Shown: piece by piece, positions 1 through 9,475 of the stretch
How the letters are laid out: each line of letters begins with the position of its first letter
How positions within the stretch are numbered: the first letter of the stretch is position 1
Source of the DNA: Gemmatimonadota bacterium
GTDB taxonomy: Bacteria > Gemmatimonadota > Gemmatimonadetes > Gemmatimonadales > GWC2-71-9
Direction of reading: 5' to 3'
DNA length: 47,769 nucleotides
Assembly (NCBI GenBank): GCA_039591655.1
Contig: JBDHDE010000020.1
Coordinates: 1 to 47,769, forward strand
The notes under the pieces: generated by a model
What the model was told of the DNA's origin: nothing
Seen by the model: only the letters and a program-made list of their open reading frames with translations
The model's database searches: none
Made by a program: the position numbers and the translations under genes

Positions 1-1
1 G

Positions 2-808
2 TGGTCCCCTGACGGTCGCCACCTGGTGTACCGCGCGGAGCGCGGCCAGGACCGTGCCGTTGGGAAGATCGTGGTCCACTCCCTGGAGACCGGGGAGCTG
101 AGGGAGTTCGAGATCGGAAGGCCGAAATGGGTGGGGCACATTGGCTGGATGGCGGACGGGCGGTCTGTGCTGGCGTGGGCGTCCAACCCCGATAGCGAGG
201 AGAGCCGCATCATCCTGTATCGGCTGGATGTCCAGACGGGGAACAAGGAGGAGCTGCTGCGCTCCGGGAAGGTCCGGGGATACCTCCAGTTGAGTCCCGA
301 CGAGCGGTTCTGGTTCTACTGGCGGGTAGAGGAGAACCAGACGGGACAGACCAGGTTCATCATCGTGCGGGAAGAGCTGGAGACTGGAGACACCACCGAG
401 CTGTTCCAGACACCGTACGGCGGGTGGGGCCAGATCAGGACCATGGAGCTCTCCCCCGACGGCCGAACCCTGGTGTTCGGTTACTTCCCCCCGGAGGACT
501 CCACCCGGATGGTGCTGCTCCCGGTCGACGGAGGAGAACCCAGGGAGCTTCCCATCAGGCGAGCCACCGGCATCACATGGCTGCCGGACGGACAGGCTCT
601 GTTGTTCATGCGGTTCGCGGACGTGGGTCCGGTGTGGGAGGTATCGTATCTCGATCTCTCGGAGGGTGAGCCGCATCCCATCGGCCTCAGGGTGAGCGGG
701 GCTCCCGTCGACCTGGACGTTCATCCCGATGGCCGGAGGATTGCCTACTCGTCGGGCACGGATGGCGCCGAGCTGTGGGTGATGGAGAACTTCCTGCCTA
801 CCCCTTGA
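2..808 (+). CDS. TolB-like/PD40 beta-propeller protein, C-terminal part (5' truncated by window)
   Basis: Frame open from base 2 (WSPDGRHLVY); repeated WxPDG/SPDG blades; ends ELWVMENFLP, similar to the tail of the kinase-propeller at 25936-28605. Confidence 0.8.
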   Translation, partial: WSPDGRHLVYRAERGQDRAVGKIVVHSLETGELREFEIGRPKWVGHIGWMADGRSVLAWASNPDSEESRIILYRLDVQTGNKEELLRSGKVRGYLQLSPDERFWFYWRVEENQTGQTRFIIVREELETGDTTELFQTPYGGWGQIRTMELSPDGRTLVFGYFPPEDSTRMVLLPVDGGEPRELPIRRATGITWLPDGQALLFMRFADVGPVWEVSYLDLSEGEPHPIGLRVSGAPVDLDVHPDGRRIAYSSGTDGAELWVMENFLPTP

Positions 809-2243
809 CCACCCCGATCGGCACGAGCTTGACCACCTTCTTGCCGATCCCGGCGCCGTGGACCACGTCCACCACCTGCCTCACGTCCTTGTAGGCCTCG
901 GGGATCTCCTCGTCCACGGTGCGGCGGCTGGCGGCCCGGATGAGGATTCCCCGTTCCTCCAGCTCTTTGGGCACGTTGCGGGGCCGGGCCACCTTCTTGG
1001 CCTGGTGTCGGCTCATGCGGCGCCCGGCGCCGTGGCAGGTGGAGCCGAATGTCTCGTTGAACGCCCCGGGCGTGCCCACCAGGACGAATGAGTAGCGCCC
1101 CATGTCGCCGGGGATGAGCACCGGCTGCCCGATGTCGCGGAACCGGTCGGCGAGCTCGGAGTGGCCCGGTGGGAATGCCCGCGTGGCGCCCTTGCGGTGC
1201 ACGCACACGCGCTGCTTGCGCCCCTCCACCTCGTGCGTCTCGAACTTCGCGATGTTGTGCGCCACGTCGTAGACCAGATCGGTCTGCGCGGCGACGTCGT
1301 CCGAGAAGATCGTGGCGAGCGCTTTGCGCACGTAGTGCGCCATGAGCTGCCGGTTGGCGAAGGCGTAGTTCGCCGCCGCGTTCATGGCGCCCAAGTACGC
1401 CTTGGCCTCTGGGCTCCCGAGCGGGGCGCAGCAGAGCTGCTTGTCGGGTAAGTCAATGCCGTACCTCGCCGCGGCCTGCACCATGGTGTCCAGGTAGTCG
1501 TCGCACACCTGGTAGCCCAAGCCGCGGGAGCCGGAGTGGATGAAGAAAGTGACCGTGCCGGGTGAGAGGCCGAGACGATTGGCGACCTGGTCGTCATAGA
1601 TCTCGGCGACGTGGCCCACCTCGACGAAGTGGTTCCCGCTCCCGACGGTGCCCAACTGAGGCTGGCCGCGCTTCTTGGCACGGCTGCTCACTTTGTCCGG
1701 GTTCCCCGGGAGCGTGCCGTTCGCCTCGATGCACTCCAGGTCACGCTCGCTGCCGTAGCCCTCGTCCACCGTCCACTTCGCCCCCCGCTCCAGCACCTGG
1801 TCGAGCTGCTTGAGCGAGAGCTTCACGTCGGAGCGGGAGGAGCCCACGCCCGACGGTATGCCGGCGTACAGGGTATCCATCAGGCGGGCGAGCCTGGGGC
1901 GGACCTCGTCCAGCTTCAGCGGGCTGCGCAGTAGCCGCACGCCGCAGTTGATGTCGTAGCCCACGCCGCCGGGGGAGATGACCCCGTCCTTCTCGTCGAA
2001 CGCCGCCACACCGCCGATAGGGAACCCGTAGCCCCAGTGGATGTCGGGCATGGCGATGGAGGGACCCACGATGCCGGGCAGGTGCGCCACGTTCACCACC
2101 TGCTGCAAGCACTGATCGCCCTCGAGGTCGTGCATCAGCTCCGCATCGGCGAAGATCAGCCCCTCGGTGCGCATCCCGCCTGACTTGCGCACCCGCCAGC
2201 GGAACTGATCGATGCGCTCGACGTTGATCTGTGGCGCGACCAT
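798..2243 (-). CDS. rtcB: RtcB RNA 3'-phosphate/5'-OH ligase
   Basis: Motifs MPDIHWGYGFPIGG, GVGYDINCG, GSGNHF, IHSGSRG, HRKGAT, HGAGR; start placed at ATG 2243 (MVAPQINVE). Confidence 0.95.
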   Translation of the reverse strand: MVAPQINVERIDQFRWRVRKSGGMRTEGLIFADAELMHDLEGDQCLQQVVNVAHLPGIVGPSIAMPDIHWGYGFPIGGVAAFDEKDGVISPGGVGYDINCGVRLLRSPLKLDEVRPRLARLMDTLYAGIPSGVGSSRSDVKLSLKQLDQVLERGAKWTVDEGYGSERDLECIEANGTLPGNPDKVSSRAKKRGQPQLGTVGSGNHFVEVGHVAEIYDDQVANRLGLSPGTVTFFIHSGSRGLGYQVCDDYLDTMVQAAARYGIDLPDKQLCCAPLGSPEAKAYLGAMNAAANYAFANRQLMAHYVRKALATIFSDDVAAQTDLVYDVAHNIAKFETHEVEGRKQRVCVHRKGATRAFPPGHSELADRFRDIGQPVLIPGDMGRYSFVLVGTPGAFNETFGSTCHGAGRRMSRHQAKKVARPRNVPKELEERGILIRAASRRTVDEEIPEAYKDVRQVVDVVHGAGIGKKVVKLVPIGVVKG

Positions 2244-2387
2244 ATGGGAAAGATACGGGTGGAGTGGGTGGGCGGGCAGAGGCTCCCTGGCTCGCAGGGC
2301 CCTGTCGGCGGTATGCAGCGCCGCTACCTGGCCACCCCGAACCTCCATCCGTACCTTAGGCTCCAACGGAGCGCCGGAGTCCTCCCC

Positions 2388-5039
2388 GTGACCGACCTGC
2401 TGGACCGCCTCCAAGCCGCCGTCGCCGACCACTACACCATCGAGCGGGAACTGGGTAGCGGTGGGATGGCGATCGTGTATCTGGCCGAGGACCGGAAGCA
2501 CCACCGGAAGGTCGCGGTGAAGGTGCTGCGCCCCGAGCTCGCAGCGTCGCTGGGAGCCGATCGCTTCCTCCGCGAGATCGAGATCTCGGCGCAGCTCACC
2601 CATCCCAACATCCTCACCCTGATCGATTCCGGCGAGGCGGCCGGCCTCCTCTACTACACAATGCCTTACGTGGAGGGCGAGTCCCTGCGCGAGCGACTCG
2701 ATCGCGACAAGCAGCTACCCGTCGAGGAGGCCCTGCGGATCACCCGCGAGATCGCCGATGCCGTGAGCTACGCCCACGGTCTCGGAGTCATTCACCGCGA
2801 CATCAAGCCGGAGAACATCCTGTTCGAGGCGGGGCATGCGGTGGTGAGCGACTTCGGCATCGCTCGGGCCGTGAGCGAGGCTGGTGCGGAGGGGCTAACC
2901 GAGACGGGACTGGCGGTGGGTACCCCGGCGTACATGAGCCCCGAGCAGGCCGGCGGGGCCAAGGACCTGGGGGCCCGCACGGACGTCTACAGCATCGGCT
3001 CCATGTTGTACGAGATGCTGGCGGGCGAGCCGCCATTCACGGGTGCCACGCCGCAGGCCATCATGGCGCGGAAGTCGCTGGAGGCCGTGCCACCACTACG
3101 GCATGTGCGGGAGACGGTACCGCCGGCGGTGGAGCAAGCGATCACCCGGGCGTTGGCCAAGGTGCCTGCCGATCGGTTCGCGACGGTGCACCAGCTGTCC
3201 GAGGCCCTCGCGGTCACTGAACCGGCCCCGGGTGCCGGTGCCGCGCCGGCTGCCGCATACAGGCCGGGGGTGCGGCGCAGAGTAGTCACGTACGCGGTCA
3301 TCGTCGCTCTCGTGGCAGTCGGGTCCTACTTGGTTATCTCCCGCGTCGTTGGCTCTGCCGGTCCGGGAGCGACCGAGCCGCCTAGGCTGGCGGTGCTGCC
3401 GTTCGACAATCTCGGCGGCACGGAGGACGAATACTTCGCAGATGGGATCACTGAAGAGCTCACCAGCCGGATCGCAGAGATCAGTGGGTTACGCGTGATC
3501 TCGCGCCAGAGCGCAGTGCAGTACAAGGATTCGGATAAGCCGCTGCGGGAGATCGGCAACGAGCTGAACGTAGACTATGTGCTGGAGGGCACCATACGCA
3601 CGGATCGGCCAGCGGATGGCGCCGGTCAGGTTAGGGTGACGCCGCAGCTCATACGTGTTGCCGACGACGCCCATCTGTGGACCGACCGGTACACGGTTTC
3701 CCTGGTGGCGGGCGAGATCTTCGGCGTACAGGCAGAGATTGCCGAGGAGGTGGCTCGGGCGTTGGACGTCACATTGCTGGAGCCCGAGCGCAGGCGTCTG
3801 ACTGCGACACCTACAGAAAACCTGGAGGCGTACGAGTACTACCTGCGGGGCATCGACTATTTCCTTCGTGGCTACGATGATCAGGCGTCTCGGGCCGCCG
3901 TCCTGATGTTCGAGAATGCGGTGGCCGTGGACCCGGATTTCGCCGTGGCGTATGCGCGACTCTGTAGGGCCCAGATGCGAATGTGGTGGTTGGCGTACGA
4001 CCGGACCGAGCAGCGGGTGGTAGCCGCCAAAGAAGCGGTGGACCAGGCGTTGCGGCTGGCTCCCGACCTGCCGGAAGCACACTGGGCCCTGGGGTGGTAC
4101 TACTACCAGGCGCACCTCGACTATGAGTCCGCCCTGGCGGAGTTCGCGATTGTGCAGAGGAGCCAACCCAACAGTAGCGAGCTCTTCTTCGGCATTGCGG
4201 CAGTACAGCGGCGGCAGGGGAAGTTCGAGGAGGCGTTAGCCAACTTCAAGAAGGCGTTGGAGCTCGACCCCCGTTCTGCGGTCAGGGCCATTGAGGTTGC
4301 GGAGACCTACGCCCTCCTGCGTGATCGAACGGAGGCAGAACCGTACTTCGACCGAGCGATTTCCCTGTCGCCGGATTGGGCCAAGCCGTATGAAAACAAG
4401 GCAACGTGGCTGTACCTCCGTTTGGAGGGAAACACGGAACAGGCAACGCACGTCTTGGAGAGGGCCGAGCAGGCCGGACTCGGAGGGGATCTGGACATCA
4501 TGTATGCGCGGATTCTACTCGAAATGTGGGCGGGAGACTACGAGGAAGCGCTGGAGAGGCTTGCATCGGTCGCCTCCTCAGTTCTGCGCGACCTCCAAGA
4601 TGGCTTTGTACCGAAGGCCCAAGTCTCCGCCGAGGCTCACGGTCTCGTGGGAAACCGGCAGCTCGAGCGGGCCTACTACGACTCCGCGCGTGTCCTTCTC
4701 GAGGCCAGGGTGGAGGAGAGTCCCGACGATCCGCGGTACCGCAGCGCTCTGGGCATTGCCTACGCCGGTCTCGCTCGCAAGGAGGATGCGATCCGTGAAG
4801 GGGAGGCGGCGGTCGAGCTGCTGCCCATGAGCAAGGAAGCCTACATGGGCGCCATCAGGGCTGAGGACCTGGCGCGCATCTACACGATGGTCGGCGAGCA
4901 CGACGCGGCGGTCGACCAACTCGAGATCCTGTTGGCCGTCCCCTCGCAGACGGCGCGTGCGATGCTCCAAATCGAGCCTACCTGGGCTCCCCTGCATGAC
5001 CACCCGCGGTTTCAGGAGTTAGTGGCGGGCGAGAACTAG
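2388..5039 (+). CDS. Ser/Thr protein kinase with TM helix, TolB-N-like domain and TPR repeats
   Basis: GSGGMAIVY, VAVK, HRDIKPEN, DFG, GTPAYMSPE; TM helix; LAVLPFDN..DEYFADGITEE; TPRs; GTG start at 2388 after GGAG. Confidence 0.93.
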   Translation: MTDLLDRLQAAVADHYTIERELGSGGMAIVYLAEDRKHHRKVAVKVLRPELAASLGADRFLREIEISAQLTHPNILTLIDSGEAAGLLYYTMPYVEGESLRERLDRDKQLPVEEALRITREIADAVSYAHGLGVIHRDIKPENILFEAGHAVVSDFGIARAVSEAGAEGLTETGLAVGTPAYMSPEQAGGAKDLGARTDVYSIGSMLYEMLAGEPPFTGATPQAIMARKSLEAVPPLRHVRETVPPAVEQAITRALAKVPADRFATVHQLSEALAVTEPAPGAGAAPAAAYRPGVRRRVVTYAVIVALVAVGSYLVISRVVGSAGPGATEPPRLAVLPFDNLGGTEDEYFADGITEELTSRIAEISGLRVISRQSAVQYKDSDKPLREIGNELNVDYVLEGTIRTDRPADGAGQVRVTPQLIRVADDAHLWTDRYTVSLVAGEIFGVQAEIAEEVARALDVTLLEPERRRLTATPTENLEAYEYYLRGIDYFLRGYDDQASRAAVLMFENAVAVDPDFAVAYARLCRAQMRMWWLAYDRTEQRVVAAKEAVDQALRLAPDLPEAHWALGWYYYQAHLDYESALAEFAIVQRSQPNSSELFFGIAAVQRRQGKFEEALANFKKALELDPRSAVRAIEVAETYALLRDRTEAEPYFDRAISLSPDWAKPYENKATWLYLRLEGNTEQATHVLERAEQAGLGGDLDIMYARILLEMWAGDYEEALERLASVASSVLRDLQDGFVPKAQVSAEAHGLVGNRQLERAYYDSARVLLEARVEESPDDPRYRSALGIAYAGLARKEDAIREGEAAVELLPMSKEAYMGAIRAEDLARIYTMVGEHDAAVDQLEILLAVPSQTARAMLQIEPTWAPLHDHPRFQELVAGEN

Positions 5040-5044
5040 ACGGC

Positions 5045-5428
5045 CTACTCCACCACAGCGTCCGCCTCCATCTCCACCAGCCACGCCGGATCTGCGAACG
5101 CCGACACCTGCACCACCGTCGTGACCGGCCGTACGTCTCCGAAGAACTCCCGGTGCACGTCGGCAACGGCCTCCCAATCCTTCATCCGAATCAGGAGAAT
5201 CCGGGTGCGGATGGCGTGAGACAGTGACGCGCCCAGACCCTCCAGCGCCTCATTGATGATCTCCAGACAGCGGCGCGCCTGCCCCGCCGCGTCGCCGGGA
5301 GCGGCCGTTGCGCCATCCGGCCCAATGGGCGCGGTACCCGCGATGGCGATGACGTTGCCGGCGCGCACGCCACGGGAGACGCCGATCCGCGGTTCGTAGG
5401 GGCTGCCTGATGAGAAATGCCGCCGCAT
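5045..5428 (-). CDS. RidA/YjgF/UK114 family protein
   Basis: SSGSPYEPRIGVSRGVR, IAGTAP, RPVTT, LVEMEADA; start at ATG 5428. Confidence 0.88.
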   Translation of the reverse strand: MRRHFSSGSPYEPRIGVSRGVRAGNVIAIAGTAPIGPDGATAAPGDAAGQARRCLEIINEALEGLGASLSHAIRTRILLIRMKDWEAVADVHREFFGDVRPVTTVVQVSAFADPAWLVEMEADAVVE

Positions 5429-5479
5429 TGCTGCTCCATTCCTATTCGTGAGGGCGGAAGTGGGCCACACCCGCGAGCG

Positions 5480-5893
5480 CTAGACGTCGAACACCACCTC
5501 CGCATGCCACGAGTCACCGCGCCGCTCCACCCGGAGGTGGTGCCGGGTCACCGCCTTCACCTCCGGCTGCGTCTCGTGCCGCGTGGGATCGAACCGCTCC
5601 CCGGCGACGCGGCCACGGATCTCGGTCTCGCTGGCGTAATCGACGGCGACGGTGGCCGGCAGGAAGCCGTCGGTGGAGAACTCGTACAGGAGCTCCCGTA
5701 AGAAGCCCAGGAAGGTCTCGGCCGCGTCGGCACCGGAGATCGCCAGCTCCCGCTCCTCCCGGCTCCGAACGGGCGACTCTCCCGCGAGGAGGCCCCGCAG
5801 CACCGTTGCCCCATCGACGAGCAGCCCGTCCACGGTCTCGGCCTCGAAGGCGACCTTGATGTCGGCGGTGTGGGGAAGGAAGCGATACGTCAC
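5480..5893 (-). CDS. Archease (RtcB activator)
   Basis: YRFLPHTAD N-terminus, EVKAVTRH, C-terminal VVFDV; near rtcB. Confidence 0.92.
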   Translation of the reverse strand: MTYRFLPHTADIKVAFEAETVDGLLVDGATVLRGLLAGESPVRSREERELAISGADAAETFLGFLRELLYEFSTDGFLPATVAVDYASETEIRGRVAGERFDPTRHETQPEVKAVTRHHLRVERRGDSWHAEVVFDV

Positions 5894-5975
5894 TTTTGGC
5901 CTTGCTCGCGATTCATCGGGTACGAGTCGTGCCGGGTGCCGCGGCTACACTCTCCAAGTGACTCCGTGGTTCACC

Positions 5976-6176
5976 ATGCCTGCCGGTCCCGATGCCAAAC
6001 GCCGCGCTGCGGTGCAGGAGCTGGAGGCTGCGCTCGCAGCCGTCCGCTGCATGGTACGCCTGCTGGAGGCGACAATGCGCTCGGACAGGGAGCGGGAGTT
6101 GGTGGCGGTCATCGTCATGGAACTCGCCCAGGCGGAAACGACGCTGCGCCGGTTCGAGCGGCTGACAGGGGGCTGA
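5976..6176 (+). CDS. 66-aa helical protein resembling a stand-alone HisKA/DHp domain without the His
   Basis: ATG 5976; VQELEAALAAVRCMVRLLE..RERELVAVIVMELAQAETTLRRF; fills the gap between archease and the CDF gene. Confidence 0.5.
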   Translation: MPAGPDAKRRAAVQELEAALAAVRCMVRLLEATMRSDRERELVAVIVMELAQAETTLRRFERLTGG

Positions 6177-6192
6177 GCCGGGCTTGCCAGTG

Positions 6193-6873
6193 TCAGGTCT
6201 CAGCACATTGGCAGGCCGAAATGGGGCAGACGCCGTTGGGACACAGTGCCCCGGCCTGGCGCTCTTGGCTGGCGCTGATCTCCACGGCCGCCGCGGCGAG
6301 TACGTTCTTGGCCGATCGCACGAACAGCGCCACGATACCGAGACTCACCAGCACATCAGGCCAGATTGACGCAAAGAAGGCGACCCCAGCACCAGCGACG
6401 ATGACCCCCGTGTTGGCGAGGATATCGTTGCGGGAGCAGACCCAGGTCGAGTGCATGTTGACGTCGTCGGCACGGTGGCGATACAGCAGCCCGAGACAGG
6501 CCATGTTCGCCACCAACGCGAGCGCCCCGGTGCCCGACATGATCGTGGGGTTCGGGGGTACGCCGCCCAAGACCTTCAACGCAACCTGCCCGAGCACGGC
6601 GAGGCCGAACAGGAGCATGACAACGCCCTTCAACTGCGCCGCGCGAGCCCGCCAACGAATCGACCGGCCGACTACGGCAAGGCTGAAGCCGTAGACCAGG
6701 GCGTCACCAAGCATGTCGAGGGAGTCGGCCTGCAGTGCGACGGAGCCAGCGAGCAAGCCGGCGCCGAGCTCCACCAGGAACATCACGGCGTTGATAGCCA
6801 GAACTAGCCAAAGCACGCGCCGGCGCTGCCTGTCTCTTGCGAGATCGGACGATGGTGGGCAGCAGTGATCCAC
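6193..6873 (-). CDS. Cation diffusion facilitator (CDF) transporter, TM domain only
   Basis: SVALQADSLDMLGD, NMHSTWVCSRND, several TM segments; Cys-rich termini. Confidence 0.88.
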   Translation of the reverse strand: MDHCCPPSSDLARDRQRRRVLWLVLAINAVMFLVELGAGLLAGSVALQADSLDMLGDALVYGFSLAVVGRSIRWRARAAQLKGVVMLLFGLAVLGQVALKVLGGVPPNPTIMSGTGALALVANMACLGLLYRHRADDVNMHSTWVCSRNDILANTGVIVAGAGVAFFASIWPDVLVSLGIVALFVRSAKNVLAAAAVEISASQERQAGALCPNGVCPISACQCAET

Positions 6874-6920
6874 TGACTCCTCCTTGGGGCCGAGCGCAGC
6901 TCAGGCTCTCGACCCGCGGC

Positions 6921-7901
6921 CTACTCCTTCTCGGGCGCCCCCCAATCACTCGTCCCCCGGAACACCCGCCGCCGATCCAACGACCACTGCGGCAGCGAGA
7001 CTGCCCCTTCGGGAAAGCTGCCGTCGTCCCGCAGCACGTCCGCCACCGACGCCGTCTTGGCGCTGGCGTTGTCCGCCCAGTGGAGCACCTCGGCTTCCAG
7101 CGTCATCGGCGCTACCGGGCTGCCGAACTCCAACTTCCCGTGGTGCGCCAGGACCAGGTGCAACAGGATGTCCCGCTCCAGGTCGCCGCACGGTGGCTCC
7201 GCCTCCTCGGCCAGGCGCCGGTCCAGCATTAGGGCGCCCAGGACCACGTGGCCCAGCAGGCGGCCGACCTCCGTGTACTCGAAGATGCCGTCCCAGCGGT
7301 AGGCCTCGAGCTTGCCGATGTCGTGCAGCAACGCGCCGGCGAGCACGAGCTCCTGGTCGGCGCCGCAGGCCCGGGCAATGGTGCGGGCGATGGCGGCGAC
7401 CTCGGTGGTGTGCTTGAGCAGGCCGCCGAGGGCGGCGTGGTGGCCCTTCACCGCGGCGGGGCACTGCTCGTAGCGGCGGCGGAACTCGTCCTCTCCGTAG
7501 AACAACTCCACCACCGCTCTGAGCCGGGGCTTGGCGATCTCACGGCGCCAGCCGTCGATGGTCTCCCAGTACCGGTCCACCGCACCCACAGATGGGAGCA
7601 GCGCCGTGAGGTCCACTGTCTCCTTGGGCACCTGCCGGACGGACGTGGCCTTCACCTGCTTGCGGTCCTTGTAGGTGCCTACCTCCCCCACGATCTGTAC
7701 TGCGTGTCCGGCCCTGAGACCGGCGATCTCGCCCTGGCGCTCGAGCCAGAACGGCTCGGTGGGGATGCGGCCGGTACTGTTCCCCAGCGTGAGCACGGTA
7801 AAGGGGTCGCCGTTTGGCAGCGTGCGGGCGGATACCTCCAGGACGAGGAAGACGTCCTGGATGCGGGACCCTACCGCGAGGGAAGGAATGTGGATCGGCA
7901 T
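6921..7901 (-). CDS. OB-fold + HD domain 3'-5' exoribonuclease (YhaM/Cbf1-like)
   Basis: N-terminal OB fold; HHA..GGLLKHT, LLHDIGK, LLGHV, AHHG, LHWAD. Confidence 0.88.
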   Translation of the reverse strand: MPIHIPSLAVGSRIQDVFLVLEVSARTLPNGDPFTVLTLGNSTGRIPTEPFWLERQGEIAGLRAGHAVQIVGEVGTYKDRKQVKATSVRQVPKETVDLTALLPSVGAVDRYWETIDGWRREIAKPRLRAVVELFYGEDEFRRRYEQCPAAVKGHHAALGGLLKHTTEVAAIARTIARACGADQELVLAGALLHDIGKLEAYRWDGIFEYTEVGRLLGHVVLGALMLDRRLAEEAEPPCGDLERDILLHLVLAHHGKLEFGSPVAPMTLEAEVLHWADNASAKTASVADVLRDDGSFPEGAVSLPQWSLDRRRVFRGTSDWGAPEKE

Positions 7902-7987
7902 CGCTGGTAAGTTAGCGGCGACGGCCGCCGCCCGGCCATCGTTCCCGACAATCCGTGAGCGGCGCGATCAGATACCGAGCACCCCCC

Positions 7988-9475
7988 TCATCGCTTCCTG
8001 GGTTGCCACGCCCTGAGCTTGGGCAGGCTTGCGTCGGGCTCGTGCGCCGGGTGCATGGCCGGCTCGGACTCCACGGCCGGCAGGAGGTGCTTCAGCGAGT
8101 TGGCGTAGTACTCCAGAAGCGGCCGCTGGCGCGGCATGACGATATAGTCGCTCCCCGCCCGCACAACCAGGCGCCGCATGGTGAACGTGCGCCACGCCCG
8201 GTCCAGAATGGCGGCAGGGTCCCGCTCCGGCTGCACCAGTTTCGCGCCACGCTCCAGCAATTGATCGCGGAACGAGTCGAGACGCTCCAGCAGCGCCTCG
8301 CGGCGCACCGCCGTGTTGCGGAACGAGAGCAGCGCCGCCGCCACCAGCGGTACCGGGGTCACGGGGATGATCTCGGCCACGCGACCCATGACCTCGTCGG
8401 CCAGGGCCTGGATTCTGGGGAGCCGCTCCTCCTTGAGGAGTTGCAGCACGCCGGGGTTGCGCCCCACCCACTCCCGCAGGGAGACCGGGGTGCCGAAGTT
8501 GACGGCGGCCCGCCCGTAGCGCTTCAGGTTGCCGGTCATGAGCCGGGCGAGGTTGATCAGCACGTAGTGAGTGACGCCGGCCAGTTGGCGTAGTCGTCCG
8601 GGCCGGGCCCCCTCGTCCACCAGCTCCATGATCAGGGTGCGGTCCTCGAGTACCCTGTCGTAGTTCAGGGCCACCGGCACCAGCCAGATATCGCGCTCCT
8701 CACCGATTTCGAGGAGGGTACGGGCGATGTAGTCGAGCAGCCCGACCTTGACGGGGCGGAAGGCCCCGTTCCGGGTGAGTCCGCCCTCCAGGAAGACCCC
8801 TTGAGTGACCCCGTTGCGGGTGATGAGCTGGATGTAGCGCTCCAGCACCAGGTGATAGAGCGGCTCCCGGTAGCCTCGCCGGACGAAGTACGCCCCGAAC
8901 GACTTGAACACGTACTCCAGCGGCCACACCCGAGCCCACTCGCCCACTGCGTAGCTGATGCTCACCGCCCGGGCCAGCACGTAGGCCACCACCATGTAGT
9001 CGGCGTTGGAACGGTGGTTCATGAGGTAGACCACGATGTCCCGCCGGGGGATGGCGTTGAGGGCCTCGCGGTCCTGGTACTCGGAACTCACCCGATAGAG
9101 GAGGTTCACCAACACACGAGCGATGTTGTAGCCGAACCTGTAATAGGACAGCACGTTGAAGAACGGCACGATCTCGTCGATGTAGCGCTCCACCCGCACG
9201 CGGCAGTCGAGCTCGCTCACCCCCTCGGACTCGCAATGGATTTCCATTGCTTGCTGCACCCGGGAGTCGCGCAGCAGCTCCTCCCTGATGGTCCGCTTGC
9301 TCACGAGCTTGTACCGGTCCAGCCGCGCCCGGAACTGGTGCAGGGCGCGGAGCACCGCCCGCTCGAGGCGGCTGCGGATGGCCTTTCGGGTGCGTCGGAT
9401 TGTCCAGAGCGTGAGTCCGCCTGCCAGGAGCGCCGCAACGGCGAGCAGCGCCCAGTCCAGGGGCGACAGGGTCAG
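7988..9475 (-). CDS. Glycerol-3-phosphate/phospholipid acyltransferase (PlsB-like)
   Basis: NHRSNADY (HxxxxD), FVRRG, FLEGG motifs; N-terminal TM; start uncertain (CTG overlapping htpX stop). Confidence 0.82.
   Translation of the reverse strand: MTLSPLDWALLAVAALLAGGLTLWTIRRTRKAIRSRLERAVLRALHQFRARLDRYKLVSKRTIREELLRDSRVQQAMEIHCESEGVSELDCRVRVERYIDEIVPFFNVLSYYRFGYNIARVLVNLLYRVSSEYQDREALNAIPRRDIVVYLMNHRSNADYMVVAYVLARAVSISYAVGEWARVWPLEYVFKSFGAYFVRRGYREPLYHLVLERYIQLITRNGVTQGVFLEGGLTRNGAFRPVKVGLLDYIARTLLEIGEERDIWLVPVALNYDRVLEDRTLIMELVDEGARPGRLRQLAGVTHYVLINLARLMTGNLKRYGRAAVNFGTPVSLREWVGRNPGVLQLLKEERLPRIQALADEVMGRVAEIIPVTPVPLVAAALLSFRNTAVRREALLERLDSFRDQLLERGAKLVQPERDPAAILDRAWRTFTMRRLVVRAGSDYIVMPRQRPLLEYYANSLKHLLPAVESEPAMHPAHEPDASLPKLRAWQPRKR

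Noticed and set aside
2244..2603. N-terminal extensions of RtcB and the kinase given by the ORF track
   Set aside because: The extensions overlap each other; family N-termini begin at 2243 and 2388
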